From the NCBI GenBank assembly GCA_964016885.1, contig CAXHJY010000824.1, positions 1-45,617 on the forward strand: DNA of 45,617 nt, given 5' to 3'. Below, in pieces: positions 31,616-45,617 of the stretch. The position numbers and the translations under genes were made by a program. The stretch's first letter is position 1. Every line of letters begins with the position of its first letter. The notes below the pieces were generated by a model. The model did no database searches. It saw nothing but the letters and a program-made list of their open reading frames with translations, and was not told where the DNA came from. The stretch comes from Eledone cirrhosa. Taxonomy: Eukaryota.

Positions 31616-31724
31616 TACATAAATATATATATAATATAGATGTATATATATATAGATGTATATATATATATATATATATATTACATAAATATATATATAA
31701 TATAGATGTATATATATATATATA

Positions 31725-31762
<38 letters not shown>

Positions 31763-31770
31763 TACATAAA

Positions 31771-31805
<35 letters not shown>
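31075..31805. repeat. (TA)n-derived satellite including AGATG(TA)n units
   Basis: Direct reading. Confidence 0.9.
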
Positions 31806-32118
31806 GTATGGGTGTATATATGAGTGTGAGCATATGCATATACCCCTGGCGGTATATATGTCTGCATGTCAGTATGTCGCTTCATCTAATTAGCTAACTC
31901 CTATCCATCTGTTTGTCCTCCTGTCTATTTAAATTTATCTCTTGCATATATATAGTATGTTTATCATTTAATCTATCTCTCGATATCTCGACCTCTCCAG
32001 TAACTTCTCTCTCTCCCACTCTCTGCCCTCTTTACACACACACACATATATATATACTCATATACACATACATATGTGCACGTACACTTGCACACTGATA
32101 CACAACCGTTTATATATA

Positions 32119-32170
<52 letters not shown>

Positions 32171-32248
32171 ATATATGTATATATATATATATGTGTGTGT
32201 GTCTGTCTGCGTGTGTGTGTGTGTCTCTGTATATCTATAAATATGTAC

Positions 32249-32293
<45 letters not shown>

Positions 32294-32452
32294 CATATAT
32301 ATTTGTGTGTACATATATGTATGTATATACACATACCACCGAATGAATCTTCGTCGGTTACGACGATGAGTATTTAATTTGTTTAACTAAACTGTACTTA
32401 CAGCCAGAATGATCGCTTCAGAGAATGTGATGATACAACTGTATGTTTGAAT

Positions 32453-32491
<39 letters not shown>

Positions 32492-32493
<2 letters not shown>

Positions 32494-32683
32494 CGAAGGA
32501 AATGTGGTAAGGAACCAGGTGGACCATAACGCACCAAAGTACTCAATACTTGGGGTAGTAGAGTGGATAATAGGAACCAGTAAGACCCCGACAGCTGAGC
32601 TGAAGCCGTTTCGACGGCTAATTAGTCCAGAATTAGCCGTCGAAACGGCTTGAGCTCAGCTGTCGGGGTCTTACTGGTTCCTA
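32492..32683. mobile_element. Family A fold-back element
   Basis: Full arm plus an inverted arm around AATT-AGTCCAG-AATT; TA-flanked. Confidence 0.8.
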
Positions 32684-32702
32684 TATATATATATATATAT
32701 AT

Positions 32703-32758
32703 ATATTAATTCAAAATATTAACAAAATATCTATTTTGTTAATATTTTGAATTAATAT
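32703..32758. repeat. Perfect 27-bp inverted repeat with 2-nt loop
   Basis: ATATTAATTCAAAATATTAACAAAATA-TC-TATTTTGTTAATATTTTGAATTAATAT. Confidence 0.85.
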
Positions 32759-32848
32759 TAATAACTCTGGAAAACCATTGCTGTTGAATGCTTCCAATCT
32801 ATTGTAAAACTCATTCTTTGATTTATTCATTGAACCTTGTTTAACTTT

Positions 32849-32929
<81 letters not shown>

Positions 32930-33107
32930 TAGCTTGCGTATATGTACGTGTATGTATGTGATTTTCTATTTTTGTTGTCCCCTCATTATGTAATCACTCT
33001 CTATACCCATAGTTGTATATTGTTACCTACTAACATCGTTGGAAAAGGTAGCGAAACAGCCATTTTATTTCTCTCACTTGCATGGCATCTGTATTTCTTT
33101 TATATAT

Positions 33108-33289
33108 AATTGTTTCTACTTTTGGCACAAGGCCAGCAATTATCCCAGTGTATTACTGGAACTTTATTTTATCGACCCCATAAGGATGAAAGTCAAAGTT
33201 AACCTCGGTGGGATTTAATTTCAGATCTTAAAGGGCCGCATCTCTATGCTGAAAAGTATGGCGTCCGACTCTCTAACGATACTGCCAAT
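33108..33289 (-). mobile_element. SINE family S1
   Basis: Reverse copy including the A box (ACTGCCAAT on +). Confidence 0.85.
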
Positions 33290-33807
33290 TGTTTTCGATT
33301 TTTGCACCTCTTTTTCACTTCATTGCATCACTTCACGTTCCATCGATTAGTAATTATAAACTTAGAGGCATTGACTTTTATAGAAAAAGGTAGCTGTAGT
33401 GTTTTTTGTATATTGAAACCGCTATGATCTTTCAACGGCAACTGTTGAGGGCAATTCTAATACTTTTTACTGTTCTCTTTCGTTACGACATTTTTGTTGT
33501 TGTTGTTGGTGGTAGTGATGGTGTTATTGTTGTTGTTGGTGGTAATGGTGTTATTGTTGTTGGTGGTGGTGTTGGTGGTGGTGGTGTTGTTGGTGCCACA
33601 ATAGTGGTTAGTTTTACAGCCAAATGTTCTCCAGGGAAAATAATCTGGAGACAGAATTGTAGTACAGGCTGAAAACATCATCATCCTTTGTATATCTATA
33701 CGCACATGTATATATAAATATATTTCAGTGTATGTCAGAGAGAACGAAGGAGAGAAAGAGGGAGTATGTATGTGTATATATATGCATAAATGTATATATA
33801 TATAAAT

Positions 33808-33940
33808 AATTGTTTCTACTGTTGGCACAAGTCCAGCAATTAGCCAGTACATTACTGGTACTTTATTTTATTGACCCCGTAAGGATGAAAGCAAAGTTAA
33901 CTTCGGCGAGATTTGAACTCAGATCGTAAAGGGACGTAAA
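33808..33940 (-). mobile_element. SINE family S1, 5'-truncated
   Basis: Reverse copy of the S1 tail, centre and B box. Confidence 0.8.
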
Positions 33941-33963
33941 TGACATACAAACACACATCTCTC

Positions 33964-34119
<156 letters not shown>

Positions 34120-34146
34120 CATATCTCTATATATATATATATATAT

Positions 34147-34227
<81 letters not shown>

Positions 34228-34266
34228 CATATCTCTATATATATATATATATACACACACATATAC

Positions 34267-34429
<163 letters not shown>

Positions 34430-34812
34430 AGGGGGAGAATAAGAAAGATAAAAACTGGTTACTGGTGCTGTGAGCAAGAGCAGTTTTACTTAGCAAGGCA
34501 CTTTTGTTACTTTCATTTTCCTATTGGAAAATATATATTTCATATTTTCCATAACTAGTACAGTTATGATTTATTTTCACTAGTGAATTGTTTTCAATTG
34601 AATTTACTTAGTTGCTAAAATTTATGCGCAATACTTTAACAATACAATAGATATTTTAATATATATATTTATACAATTCATAATGTTTAACAATGAATAT
34701 AAAATCAGGTGTTTAGTTATAATTTATTCAATATACAAAATTTCATAATGTCATAAAAGTCGTTTGACATTATATACAAATAGTTGAGCAGTATTTATTA
34801 TAAAGGAATAAC

Positions 34813-34980
34813 ATTGGCAGTATCGGTAGGGGGTTGGACACCAAGCTTTCCAGCATAGTTACGTCCCTTTACAGTCTGAGTTCAAATCCCGCCGAGGTTA
34901 ACTTTGCCTTTCATCCTTACGGGGTCGATAAAATACAGTGGGATAATTGCTGGCCTTGTGCCAAAAGTAGAAACAATTAT
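34813..34980 (+). mobile_element. SINE family S1
   Basis: A box TGGCAGTATCGG, B box GAGTTCAAATCC, S1 centre and tail; small internal deletion. Confidence 0.85.
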
Positions 34981-35284
34981 CATTAATAAACTGGATTACT
35001 GGGATAGCTGAATCTGTATACAGACCTACAAAATATATTACAGTATAGAGTTATGTATCTTTACGTTCTGGGTTCAATTTCACGTTGTATTTAGGTAAAA
35101 CATTATTATTTTTCCATTTTTTCTTCAGTTAAAACATTATTAATATTTAAAAACGCAAAAAGGAGGGGAAAAGAAGGGTTCTAGAGTCATAGAAGATTGG
35201 GAGAGTGATGGGCTCTTGGCCTAGGGCACGGTGGTGTGAACAATAGCGTAAAAGCATTTATCATTAAAACTTAAGGTAATCGAC

Positions 35285-35365
35285 TCCTTACGGGGTCGAT
35301 AAAATAAAGTACCAGTAATGTACTGTGTAATTGCTGGCCTTGTGCCTAAAGTTGAAACAATTATT
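35285..35365 (+). mobile_element. SINE family S1 3' fragment
   Basis: TCCTTACGGGGTCGATAAAATAAAGTACCAG...GAAACAATTA. Confidence 0.8.
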
Positions 35366-35745
35366 AGACAGAAAAAAAAGAGAAGATAAAAGAAAATGAA
35401 AAGGAGAAAAATGAATGAAGACTCAAGCAGTGAAATAACGGATGAGGGGGACAGACAGTTGCAACACCACAGGCTATGAGGGTCCACCAGGGTAAAATAG
35501 GAATCAAAGGCGGTCCTTAAGTTCATAGGTGAAAGATGTTAAGAACGTCTGTCATATCGGAGTAATTTCTGTTGCATGAATTCATAGCAAATATCTCTTA
35601 TAAGAATAACCTATGAGAATAGTATCAACCTTGCCCAACCAAAATTATAGGGATGTCCATAGGTTGACTGTAAAGGGACTGTCCGTTGTTTCCATTGTTT
35701 CTCCATTGTCCTTCTTCTGCCGACCCCACTGGTATATATATATAT

Positions 35746-35850
35746 AATCTGTTATTTTAATAAATATTTGCTCTACGGTTCTTATATATTTGATATATAT
35801 TTATCCTTATCGAGCCCTCTTTGGATTTTAGTCTTCACATTTATTATTAT
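35746..35850. mobile_element. Family B fragment
   Basis: Matches 3314-3420. Confidence 0.75.
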
Positions 35851-35853
35851 TAC

Positions 35854-35912
<59 letters not shown>

Positions 35913-35919
35913 GATATAT

Positions 35920-35992
<73 letters not shown>

Positions 35993-36104
35993 GTTGAGTA
36001 CTCTCCACAATATTACACCAAGATTGTCCATACGGAATTCTATCCAGTGGTGAACCATCAAACCTAAAGATGTATGTATGTATGTATGTATGTATGTATG
36101 TATG

Positions 36105-36131
<27 letters not shown>

Positions 36132-36136
<5 letters not shown>

Positions 36137-36261
36137 CAGAAATAACAACACAATCGGTACAGTATATGGAAAGGATATATTAGGTTAACATTTGATATAG
36201 CAGGAAGAGCGTCTTAACGTTGCGGACGCTAGTCCTTCATCAGAAGAAAGAATGAGAAATA

Positions 36262-36263
<2 letters not shown>
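36132..36263 (-). mobile_element. Family D copy with inactivated hammerhead (GAAA to GCAA) at 36212-36247
   Basis: Minus strand TCTTCTGATGAAGGACTAGCGTCCGCAACGTTAAGA. Confidence 0.75.
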
Positions 36264-36299
<36 letters not shown>

Positions 36300-37046
36300 A
36301 AATTACCATATATGCACTACTGCTGCAGAAATAAAATAGGAACCTAAATTTGGATCATTCTCTCTCTCTCTCTCTCTCGCACACACACACAAACATACAC
36401 ACACTCACACATACACACACTCACACACACAAACACACTCACACATACACTCACTCACACATACATACACATACACACATACACATACACACCAACACAG
36501 ACATTGAAACATGTATAATAAAACAACAACAACAACAGCAACAACAGAGATAAACACTAAAATCCGTGAAACAAAAGCACGTAGCCATGATATGTTAGTG
36601 GACCAACCTAATCTAACAGCTGTAAAAATCTAACATATGTTTATCAACAGAGGAATTAAAACATCTATTCTTTCCATGCGTCTCTCTATCTTAGAAATCC
36701 TACATTTTATGCCTCTTTTCCTAAAATCCTCTTCTTTTGCCATACTATCACAGATTCAAATGACGATTTGCCCTAAAGCGCCATCTACTAAAAATCGTGG
36801 TTGGTTGGTTGGTTGGTTATGGGGAGATTATGGGTGGGCCAAGGAACGTATGTTTTTTTGTCTACATCATATGATATAGTTTGCAGACTAGCCTGTTATT
36901 TTTCCTGGTTATCACCCAAAGGTATCCATCCAGCTTAGATTCAAACCACATCTCTCTCACGCAATACACATTTTTATCAGAGCTTCTCTCTCTCTTCGCC
37001 TCTCCTTCATTCTCTTTTCCCTTGCTGTTTTAACACTCCTTCTTTT

Positions 37047-37138
37047 TCTTCTTCTTCTTCTTCTTCTTCTTCTTCTTCTTCTTCTTCTTCTTCTTCTTCT
37101 TCTTCTTCTTCTTCTTCTTCTTCTTCTTCTTCTTCTTC
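37047..37138. repeat. (CTT)n microsatellite
   Basis: Direct reading. Confidence 0.95.
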
Positions 37139-37965
37139 TCTCTCACCTACTCTTTCTCACACATTGCTTAAGTATATGGTTGTTTGTTGTGATGGCGGTA
37201 GTGGAAATGTTGATGTTGGTATTGCTATTGATAGCTACTAGACACACTGTGTATGGTTGTATGTTTAAGTAAATATATATAGGTGTGTGTGTGTGCGTGT
37301 GTAAATTGGTTGGTTGAAAGAAGGGCATAAAATTGTAGAAAACCAGCCAAACAAAGCATCGGGAGACTTCCTCAGTTGTGTCATAGATGTGACAACCTCT
37401 CTATTACTGGTATCATATTGAAATACATTCGCTAGAGCACGGGAAAATATCAAATCGAGATGTCTGTAAATTTACCTGTTGAAGTAGGAAACCAAACGGT
37501 AGCCTATTATGTTGTATACTATCGTAATTATGTAACTAATATATATATGTATATGTGCGTGCATATGTGTGTGTGTTCAGATAGAGATTATATATATGCG
37601 CAGAGACGGAGACAAGAAGAAATAAATAAATAAATAGAATATAAATGGCGTAGACATTACAATACAATACAATAGAAGGGAACATAATAATAGTACCACT
37701 GATGATGTTGCAGATGTGCAACGAAAGAACTTTGATAGACTATATATATATATTTATATCTGTATTTTTAACCATTGGTCAATCAATGATAAACGTTGAT
37801 TGCCAAATAAATTAACTATGGAGATATAAAAGATACAGAAGCGAAAACCAAGCAAACAGTGAGTGTGTTTTGTTATTATTTCTGGCAATATTATAACAAT
37901 ATGACCCTCCCCAAGTATAACAATATATATATATATATATTATATATATTGTTATATATATATAT

Positions 37966-38098
37966 AACAAAGGAATTGTGGTAAGGAACCAGATGGACCA
38001 TAATGCACCAGAGTACTCAATACTTAGGGTAGCAGAGTGGGAAATAGGAAAAAGTATGACTCCGACGGCAGAGCTCAAGCCGTCGGGTCATACTTTTT

Positions 38099-38102
<4 letters not shown>
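37966..38102. mobile_element. Family A variant fold-back element
   Basis: TAGGAAAAAGTATGACTCCGACGGC-AGAGCTCAA-GCCGTCGGGTCATACTTTTTCCTA. Confidence 0.75.
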
Positions 38103-38179
<77 letters not shown>

Positions 38180-38989
38180 ACGGAGAAACACAAATGTTTA
38201 CTTATTTCTGATAAAATATTTCTCACGTGTTCCTCTTTTTGGTAAATATATTCTCATCAGAAAGAATGACATGTTGTAAAATGATCGTCTTTTTCTTATT
38301 TTCTTGTTCATCCTTCACAACATGAGGCCTCCAATCTCAACGCTTGCTTTGTTTCTTTCTTTCTTTTCTTCTTTCTTTATTCCCTCCATTCATACTTTCT
38401 TTCTTTCTCTTTTTTTTCTTTTTTTGAGTCTTTCTTTATTAGTATATTTCATTCATTCTTTCTCTCTGACAGCAAATACTGACTATTGTTGTTGTTGTTT
38501 GTGTTCATGCAGCTGCTGCTGTTGTTGTCGTGTTGTTATTGGTATTGTTGTTGTTGCTGCTGTTGTTGTTGTTGATGATGATGATGATGATGTTAATGCT
38601 GTTGTCTTTCTGATATCAAATACCCAAGTATCTTAGTGATAATGATAAATACGTACTTACCGAATGACTAACGTGAGTTCATAACACATTGACTTCTTTC
38701 TATACTCTGTTGAATGTGTGAATAATGGTCACAGAGAGAAAGAGAAGTGAGAGAGTGAAGAAAGGGGAAGGGTAGAGCCTGAAGAAGAAAGAGAGAGAGA
38801 TTCTATCACGTCTTATTGTTCACAATTTGTACTGAGGTTAAGTAGAATGGAGAAAACAGCGAGCTATAATTCTTGTTATATAACCATGATATCTCCTAGA
38901 TATTGAAGAGAATGTTTCAGTATTGTGTACGCATATCGCTCAGAAACTAAGGACGAAATTCTGTGTATAGAGTGACATTTATTACAGGG

Positions 38990-39040
<51 letters not shown>

Positions 39041-39042
<2 letters not shown>

Positions 39043-39236
39043 CGAAGGAAATGTGGTAAGGAACCAGGTGGACCATAACGCACCAAAGTACTCAATACTT
39101 AGGGTAGTAGAGTGGGTAATAGGAACAAGTAAGACCCCAACGGCTGAGCTCAAGCCTTTTCGACGGCTAATTCTGGACTGAATTAGCCGTCGAAACGGCT
39201 TGAGCTCAGCCGTCGGGGTCTTACTGGTTCCTATAT

Positions 39237-39276
<40 letters not shown>

Positions 39277-39557
39277 ACGAAGGAAATGTGGTAAGGAACC
39301 AGGTGGACCATAACGCACCAAAGTACTCAATACTTAGGGTAGTAGAGTGGGTAATAGGAACAAGTAAGACCCCGACGGCTGAGCTCAAGCCGTTTCGACG
39401 GCTAATTCTGGACAGGAACCAGGTGGACCATAACGCACCAAAGTACTCAATACTTAGGGTAGTAGAGTGGGTAATAGGAACAAGTAAGACCTCGACGGCT
39501 GAGCTCAAGCCGTTTCGACGGCTAATTCTGGACTGGTTCCTTACCACATTTCCTTCG

Positions 39558-39559
<2 letters not shown>
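39041..39559. mobile_element. Family A cluster: fold-back copy (39041-39232) plus direct-tandem/inverted copy (39276-39559)
   Basis: The unit is repeated head-to-tail at 39276-39412 and 39413-39533 and capped by a reverse 27-bp end. Confidence 0.85.
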
Positions 39560-39611
<52 letters not shown>

Positions 39612-39615
<4 letters not shown>

Positions 39616-39799
39616 GTTTCTACTTTTGGAACAAGGCCAGCAATTATCAAGTACATTACTGGTACTTTATTTTATCGACCCCGTAAGGATGAAAGGCAAA
39701 GCTGACCTCGGCGGGATTTGAACTCAGAATGGAAATGGCCGTAATTCTATGCGTCAAATCATGACATCCGACCCTCTACCGATACTGCCAATCCACCGC

Positions 39800-39801
<2 letters not shown>
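39612..39801 (-). mobile_element. Full-length SINE family S1
   Basis: The minus strand starts TGGCGGTGGATTGGCAGTATCGG and has B box GAGTTCAAATCC, S1 centre and tail. Confidence 0.88.

Positions 39802-39879
<78 letters not shown>
39802..39879. repeat. (GT)n microsatellite
   Basis: Direct reading. Confidence 0.95.
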
Positions 39880-39888
<9 letters not shown>

Positions 39889-39891
39889 ATA

Positions 39892-40201
39892 CGATTTGTT
39901 AAGCCTTCATTACGTTTATTGATTGATGACGCGCATGTCGCTATTCATCAGCTCAAGGTTCGATCAGCATCGATCTGGCCCGACTCTGGAATCAAAAGCT
40001 CGTCGGACCTCTGCTGTAGTAATGACAGAATGAGCTGATCAATAGCGAAACGCACGTCACCAATCAATAAACGCAATGAAGGCTTAACAAATCGGCCTTG
40101 TATTATTATATTACTCTGTCTTGCTCTACACCTCGCCACTGACGCGAACCTAAACATCGAGTGCTCACCCGGTGAACCTACAGTAACTTCCCGTTACACT
40201 C

Positions 40202-40203
<2 letters not shown>
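39892..40203. mobile_element. Family C element with 64-bp inverted arms containing a hammerhead-like motif
   Basis: Arms at 39892-39955 and 40031-40094; arm consensus CTGATGAATAGCGAAACGCGCGTC..AATAAA; continues into the family C body. Confidence 0.65.
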
Positions 40204-40246
<43 letters not shown>

Positions 40247-41014
40247 GTTAGAATTTGGTGGTTTACCACTGGGTAGAATTGGTCATTCTACAATATTAAT
40301 CATAACGTAATATAAGAAAAGCACTCGATGTTATAGTGTTTGCAAAAATAAATAATCAAGGATGTAGACTTTCCTTGAAACCTATCTCTGGATATAAGTC
40401 TGAATGAATGTATATATTCATATGTATCTATTTATTTCTACATCATTTATCTTTGTCTTCTGATATAGACATAGATAGATAACTATTATCTGTTTACAAT
40501 TCACACTTATCTTCGAATCCATTTTCAGGTTGTGTATTTGGCAAGTATTATGTTTCCATTGTGTAATAAGATCTTTGCCAAAATCTTCATACTGAATGTT
40601 ACAGCTTTGTACCCGTCCTTTTGAAATGCGGGGTAATTTTATTCTATGAAATATATATACCACCTTTGATGCATATATAATGAACGGAATTATTTATAAA
40701 TTTTTAATTATTCTTTTATAAATTATAGTATGTTTTTTATTCATTCATTTATTTATATACTAACACCCGCACATACGTACAAAGAAACACACACTAAAAC
40801 AGACAGGCAAACATACCCAAAACTGACACATACTGATACGTAGACACACACACTCTTATATATACGTGTGTGTATGTGAGTGTACCTGCATATATATGTT
40901 GGTTTACGCATATATTTATTTATCACTTTCTGTTTCCGCTCATTTCTCTCTCTCTCTATCTATCTATCTACCCCTCTCTCTCTCTCTCGCTCATGCACCG
41001 TTTTTTTCTCTATT

Positions 41015-41902
<888 letters not shown>

Positions 41903-42820
41903 GCGATTGGGCATAGTTAAAGAGTATATTTTAAATCTACATGTCTGTTCCCACTTTCTACCTTTACTAACGGCTTATGTCTGACAAATCCAGTCTCTAA
42001 GACATGTTGAACAGCTGAGGTGTAGTAACTCTAACTACTCCACTATCTCAGAGACATCACAGAATTATTCCTGTTTTCAGTACACAATAAAAACGTCTTT
42101 TTTCTTTAGCAATTTTTTCTATTCGTTACAAATATACCTGCTTATGTGTTTGTATAAACAATTGCACAATCACAAACGCACACACAAATATATATAAAAA
42201 GAGAGATATACGCCTGCATTTGTGTGTGTGTGTCTGTTTATGCATGCTTCTATAAATATATATTGGGATAAATACGCTGATATATTTTCGTAATTATTTT
42301 ATCTTTTATTTATGTCTGAATCTGTCTGTCTGTCCCCCTTTCTCTCTCACAATTATGTTTTGCGATGACCTCCCCTTTCCGCTTGATGGCAGTGTGAGAT
42401 TTCTCATTGTGAGACTGCTGGAATTTCAAATTTGGCGGTCATTCTAGCACGGAGGGGTACCATCGCTGAACATTAATATCGGTAAATTTTTTTCTATATC
42501 GATATTTGTCGGGCATCCACTGATGATTTATAAGTGCCCACCTACATATATTCCTACGGACTATGTGTAGGCTTCTACATAACCTGGACATTATTTTCCC
42601 AATTTGTAGAAAACTTATAATGAAACGATCGTTTGGAAAGAGAGATGTATTTTAATTATGTCTCATATAAAATAATACAACTGGCTATCCGCAAAATACG
42701 TATAGTTAGCACCCCAAACCTATAATTGGGATTATACTAAGGTGTATCCTAATGTTTGTTGAGTGAGACGGAAGCTGGTCGGAGTATTGCTTAAAGCTTT
42801 CTCTGTTAATGTATTATATA

Positions 42821-42870
<50 letters not shown>

Positions 42871-43002
42871 GATCCTTCGACTGCAGAGACGGGTTCGATC
42901 TGTAACAGATCTTGCCTCGCAGAAACATATGTAATATGTTAATAAATGTGAGATTATGCTACACTGATTCCTCGTTCTTTATAATATTATATTTCAACCC
43001 AC

Positions 43003-43041
<39 letters not shown>

Positions 43042-43493
43042 AACAAAGTGACAACCAAAGATTATACTTCAAGTCATTTTATTAAAGTCTACACTCTACG
43101 CACGTTACAATATCAATTATCAATGTTAAGCGGGTAACACTAAAATACCCTCAGGACATCAATGTAGGTTATGGAGAATGCAAGTCCCAAAGAATAAACA
43201 AGAATTCATTGTTAATAAAGTAATAGAAGAGTTTGTTTTATTTTTTCCACATTGACACATATTCAAAGCAGTCAGTTAGTTGTGCAAAATAAACCGTGAG
43301 TTTTCCCAGCATCAAGGAATTAGTTATAAATGTAAGGCAATGTTATAGTATGGTGGTGCCCCAGCTTGGCCCCAGCCTGTCGGCTGGAACATGTAATGAA
43401 GTAATATAGTATAGTTTATGATTGAGAGAAATAACTCTATTATCTACTTACTGAAGTTTTCATTTACCAGAGAAAATATATTTTAAAATAAAT

Positions 43494-43744
43494 AGACTGA
43501 GGTTAGCTGGACATGCTCACCGACATACAGAGTGACATTGCACTCAGTGCTCCTGTGTGAGCCCCTGCATGGACACACTGGAAGAGGAAGACGGAGGTTA
43601 ACATATGTTGATGCCCTAAGGACAGACACTGGTCTGTTGGAGACGCAGGACATGGCAGCGATAATGAGGGACAGAGACCGCTGGAGAGAACTCGTCCATG
43701 AATCTCGGGAATTTTACCCGCCCTAAATAGATAGATATATAGAT
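43494..43744 (+). mobile_element. RTE-type LINE 3' end (frameshifted ORF2 C-terminus) with TAGA-type tail
   Basis: RLRLAGHAHRHTE / TLHSVLLCEPLHGHTGRGRRRLTYVDALRTDTGLLETQDMAAIMRDRDRWRELVHESREFYPP*, then ATAGATAGATATATAGAT. Confidence 0.85.
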
Positions 43745-44152
43745 GGCACAACTAATCGACTGTTTTTTTTTTGTTTTTTTTTTAAATATATCTTAGGATT
43801 TCTCTAATACTCTACAATATATATATATGAACATAGTGTATTATCATTGTTGATAACACCCTATTTTACTACTGACACTCTACACACACAGGCATCATAT
43901 CATTCATTTAATAAAACACTGAAAGGCTGACTCCATTAGAAAAATGGATAACACAATTCTATATCGAGGAAAGGACGCGAACTAACAACCCCGGGGTTAT
44001 CAATGAAGCTTGTCTCTCTTCCTCTCCTTTTCTCTGTATATATATATAAATGTGTGTGTGTGTGTGTGTGTGTGCATGTGTGAGTGTGGCTGTATATGTG
44101 TATATATCTGTATGTACCCATGTATGCATGTTTATATGCATATATGAATGTG

Positions 44153-44260
<108 letters not shown>

Positions 44261-44503
44261 CACATACACACACATGCAAATGTATAAATGCAGTATTTTG
44301 ATAGAGCGTGTTTTGAGAAATCCGATGCGCTACTATCTGTAAAACAGTTTCCAATACGAGACTATGTGGCACCATCCCAGACTCCTGAAAGTAAAACTAT
44401 AAATAAATAAATAAAATGCTAACAGAACAGTAAAACCCCATGTGTCAGATCCAAAAGATTTTTCTACCACCCGTGACTCGTCTCTCTTTCAATTAGTCCC
44501 CTC

Positions 44504-44537
<34 letters not shown>

Positions 44538-44550
44538 GTCCCTTGAACTC

Positions 44551-44585
<35 letters not shown>

Positions 44586-44832
44586 CCTTGAACTCAACCT
44601 ATTCCTCATGTGTCATTTTACTAAACCCATTCCGGGATTATTTTTTGTATTTGTTAGTTTTCCACCCCCGAAACCTTTTTTTTCTTTTTTTTTCTACATT
44701 TAAAACCTTACTGCTAACTCATCTCACATAGCTGTATATAAACAAACCCCTACTCGTCAAACTTTAAATTTTTCACGATGACATACAGATACAGACACTC
44801 AGAGACTCATACGCGTGCGCACACTCGTAGAA

Positions 44833-44872
<40 letters not shown>

Positions 44873-45487
44873 TCTCTCTCTCTTTCTCTCTCTCTCTCAC
44901 ACACACACACATTTTAATGTATATATATATATATGTGTGTGTGTGTGTATGTTAGGTAATTCCGAAGGAAAAGCAAAGGAAATAAGAGTGCTCTATGTAT
45001 AGAACAGAACTATAAATATGATATATTAAATAAAGTATTTTCTTTATATAACAACTGAAAATAAGTTAGAATGGACATAGATAGATCATAACTCTACTTA
45101 ATTAGAACTGACCTAGGGTTAAATAAAATCAGTAACAACAAAGAAAACACAAAAATACTTAAGTAATAAGCCACGTGGCCTTGTTTTTAACTTCTAATGG
45201 TATACATAAGTTCTTGTAATCCTATAAACCTTTACACAATAAGACGAAGGAATTTGCTGCTGTTCTTTTCTTCTGCGAGAACAATACAACAAAATACTTT
45301 GGTTAAATGTTATACATCTTGAAATGGCGCATCCTAGAAATATCTATTTTGAAATAACATCTGAATGAGTTTCTTTTATTCAATATTGTATATATACTAA
45401 AAATGTGCTTAACCATGACGGTTATGTCTCCACTGCCATTTAGCCGTTAAGTCATAAAATAAATTAATTGTTATAGTGTAGACGTTA

Positions 45488-45488
<1 letters not shown>

Positions 45489-45521
<33 letters not shown>
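45489..45521. repeat. (GAT)n microsatellite
   Basis: Direct reading. Confidence 0.9.
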
Positions 45522-45617
45522 CAAGGATGTTACTGTTATGATGACGAAACGTCCTGAAATTATGAAAATTGAAGCGTTTGTCAAAACCTACCCAATTTTC
45601 ATATATTTTCTTAGAGG

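Noticed and set aside
38963-39686. Repeated peptide MVRNQVDHNAPKYSILRVVEW in several ORFs
   Set aside because: It is a translation of the non-coding family A repeat embedded in TA tracts, not a gene family.
42387-42420. miR-34-like start TGGCAGTGTG
   Set aside because: The match stops after 10 nt and there is no proper pre-miRNA stem.
44335-44385. Minus-strand GAAA-CTGT(TTT)ACAG hammerhead-like half (similar trace at 30730-30775)
   Set aside because: The CUGANGA box and UH are missing; too degenerate to call.

Overview
This is AT-rich eukaryotic (animal) intergenic or intronic DNA, most likely octopus/cephalopod, inferred from the repeat landscape and SINE types and not verified. I see no intact host gene. 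Nearly all listed ORFs are microsatellite translation artefacts (YI, HT, CV, MYVC repeats). The window contains multi-kb (TA)n-derived tracts and other microsatellites, a 19-bp minisatellite, and two tRNA-derived SINE families, one of which forms a 4x193-bp array. It also has 3' fragments of RTE-type LINEs (one with an internal 107-bp tandem amplification), an R4/Dong-like restriction-like-endonuclease LINE end split by a SINE with a clean 10-bp TSD, and a Penelope-like GIY-YIG fragment. The most interesting layer is a set of short, unrelated, (TA)n-embedded elements carrying minimal type I hammerhead ribozyme motifs (8238-8273 +, 8634-8680 -, 26513-26580 -, plus degenerate copies) and/or near-perfect fold-back inversions. 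These fit Penelope-like pseudo-LTR or retrozyme-like mini-elements that target TA repeats. All folds were done by eye, and coordinates of repeat ends are approximate.
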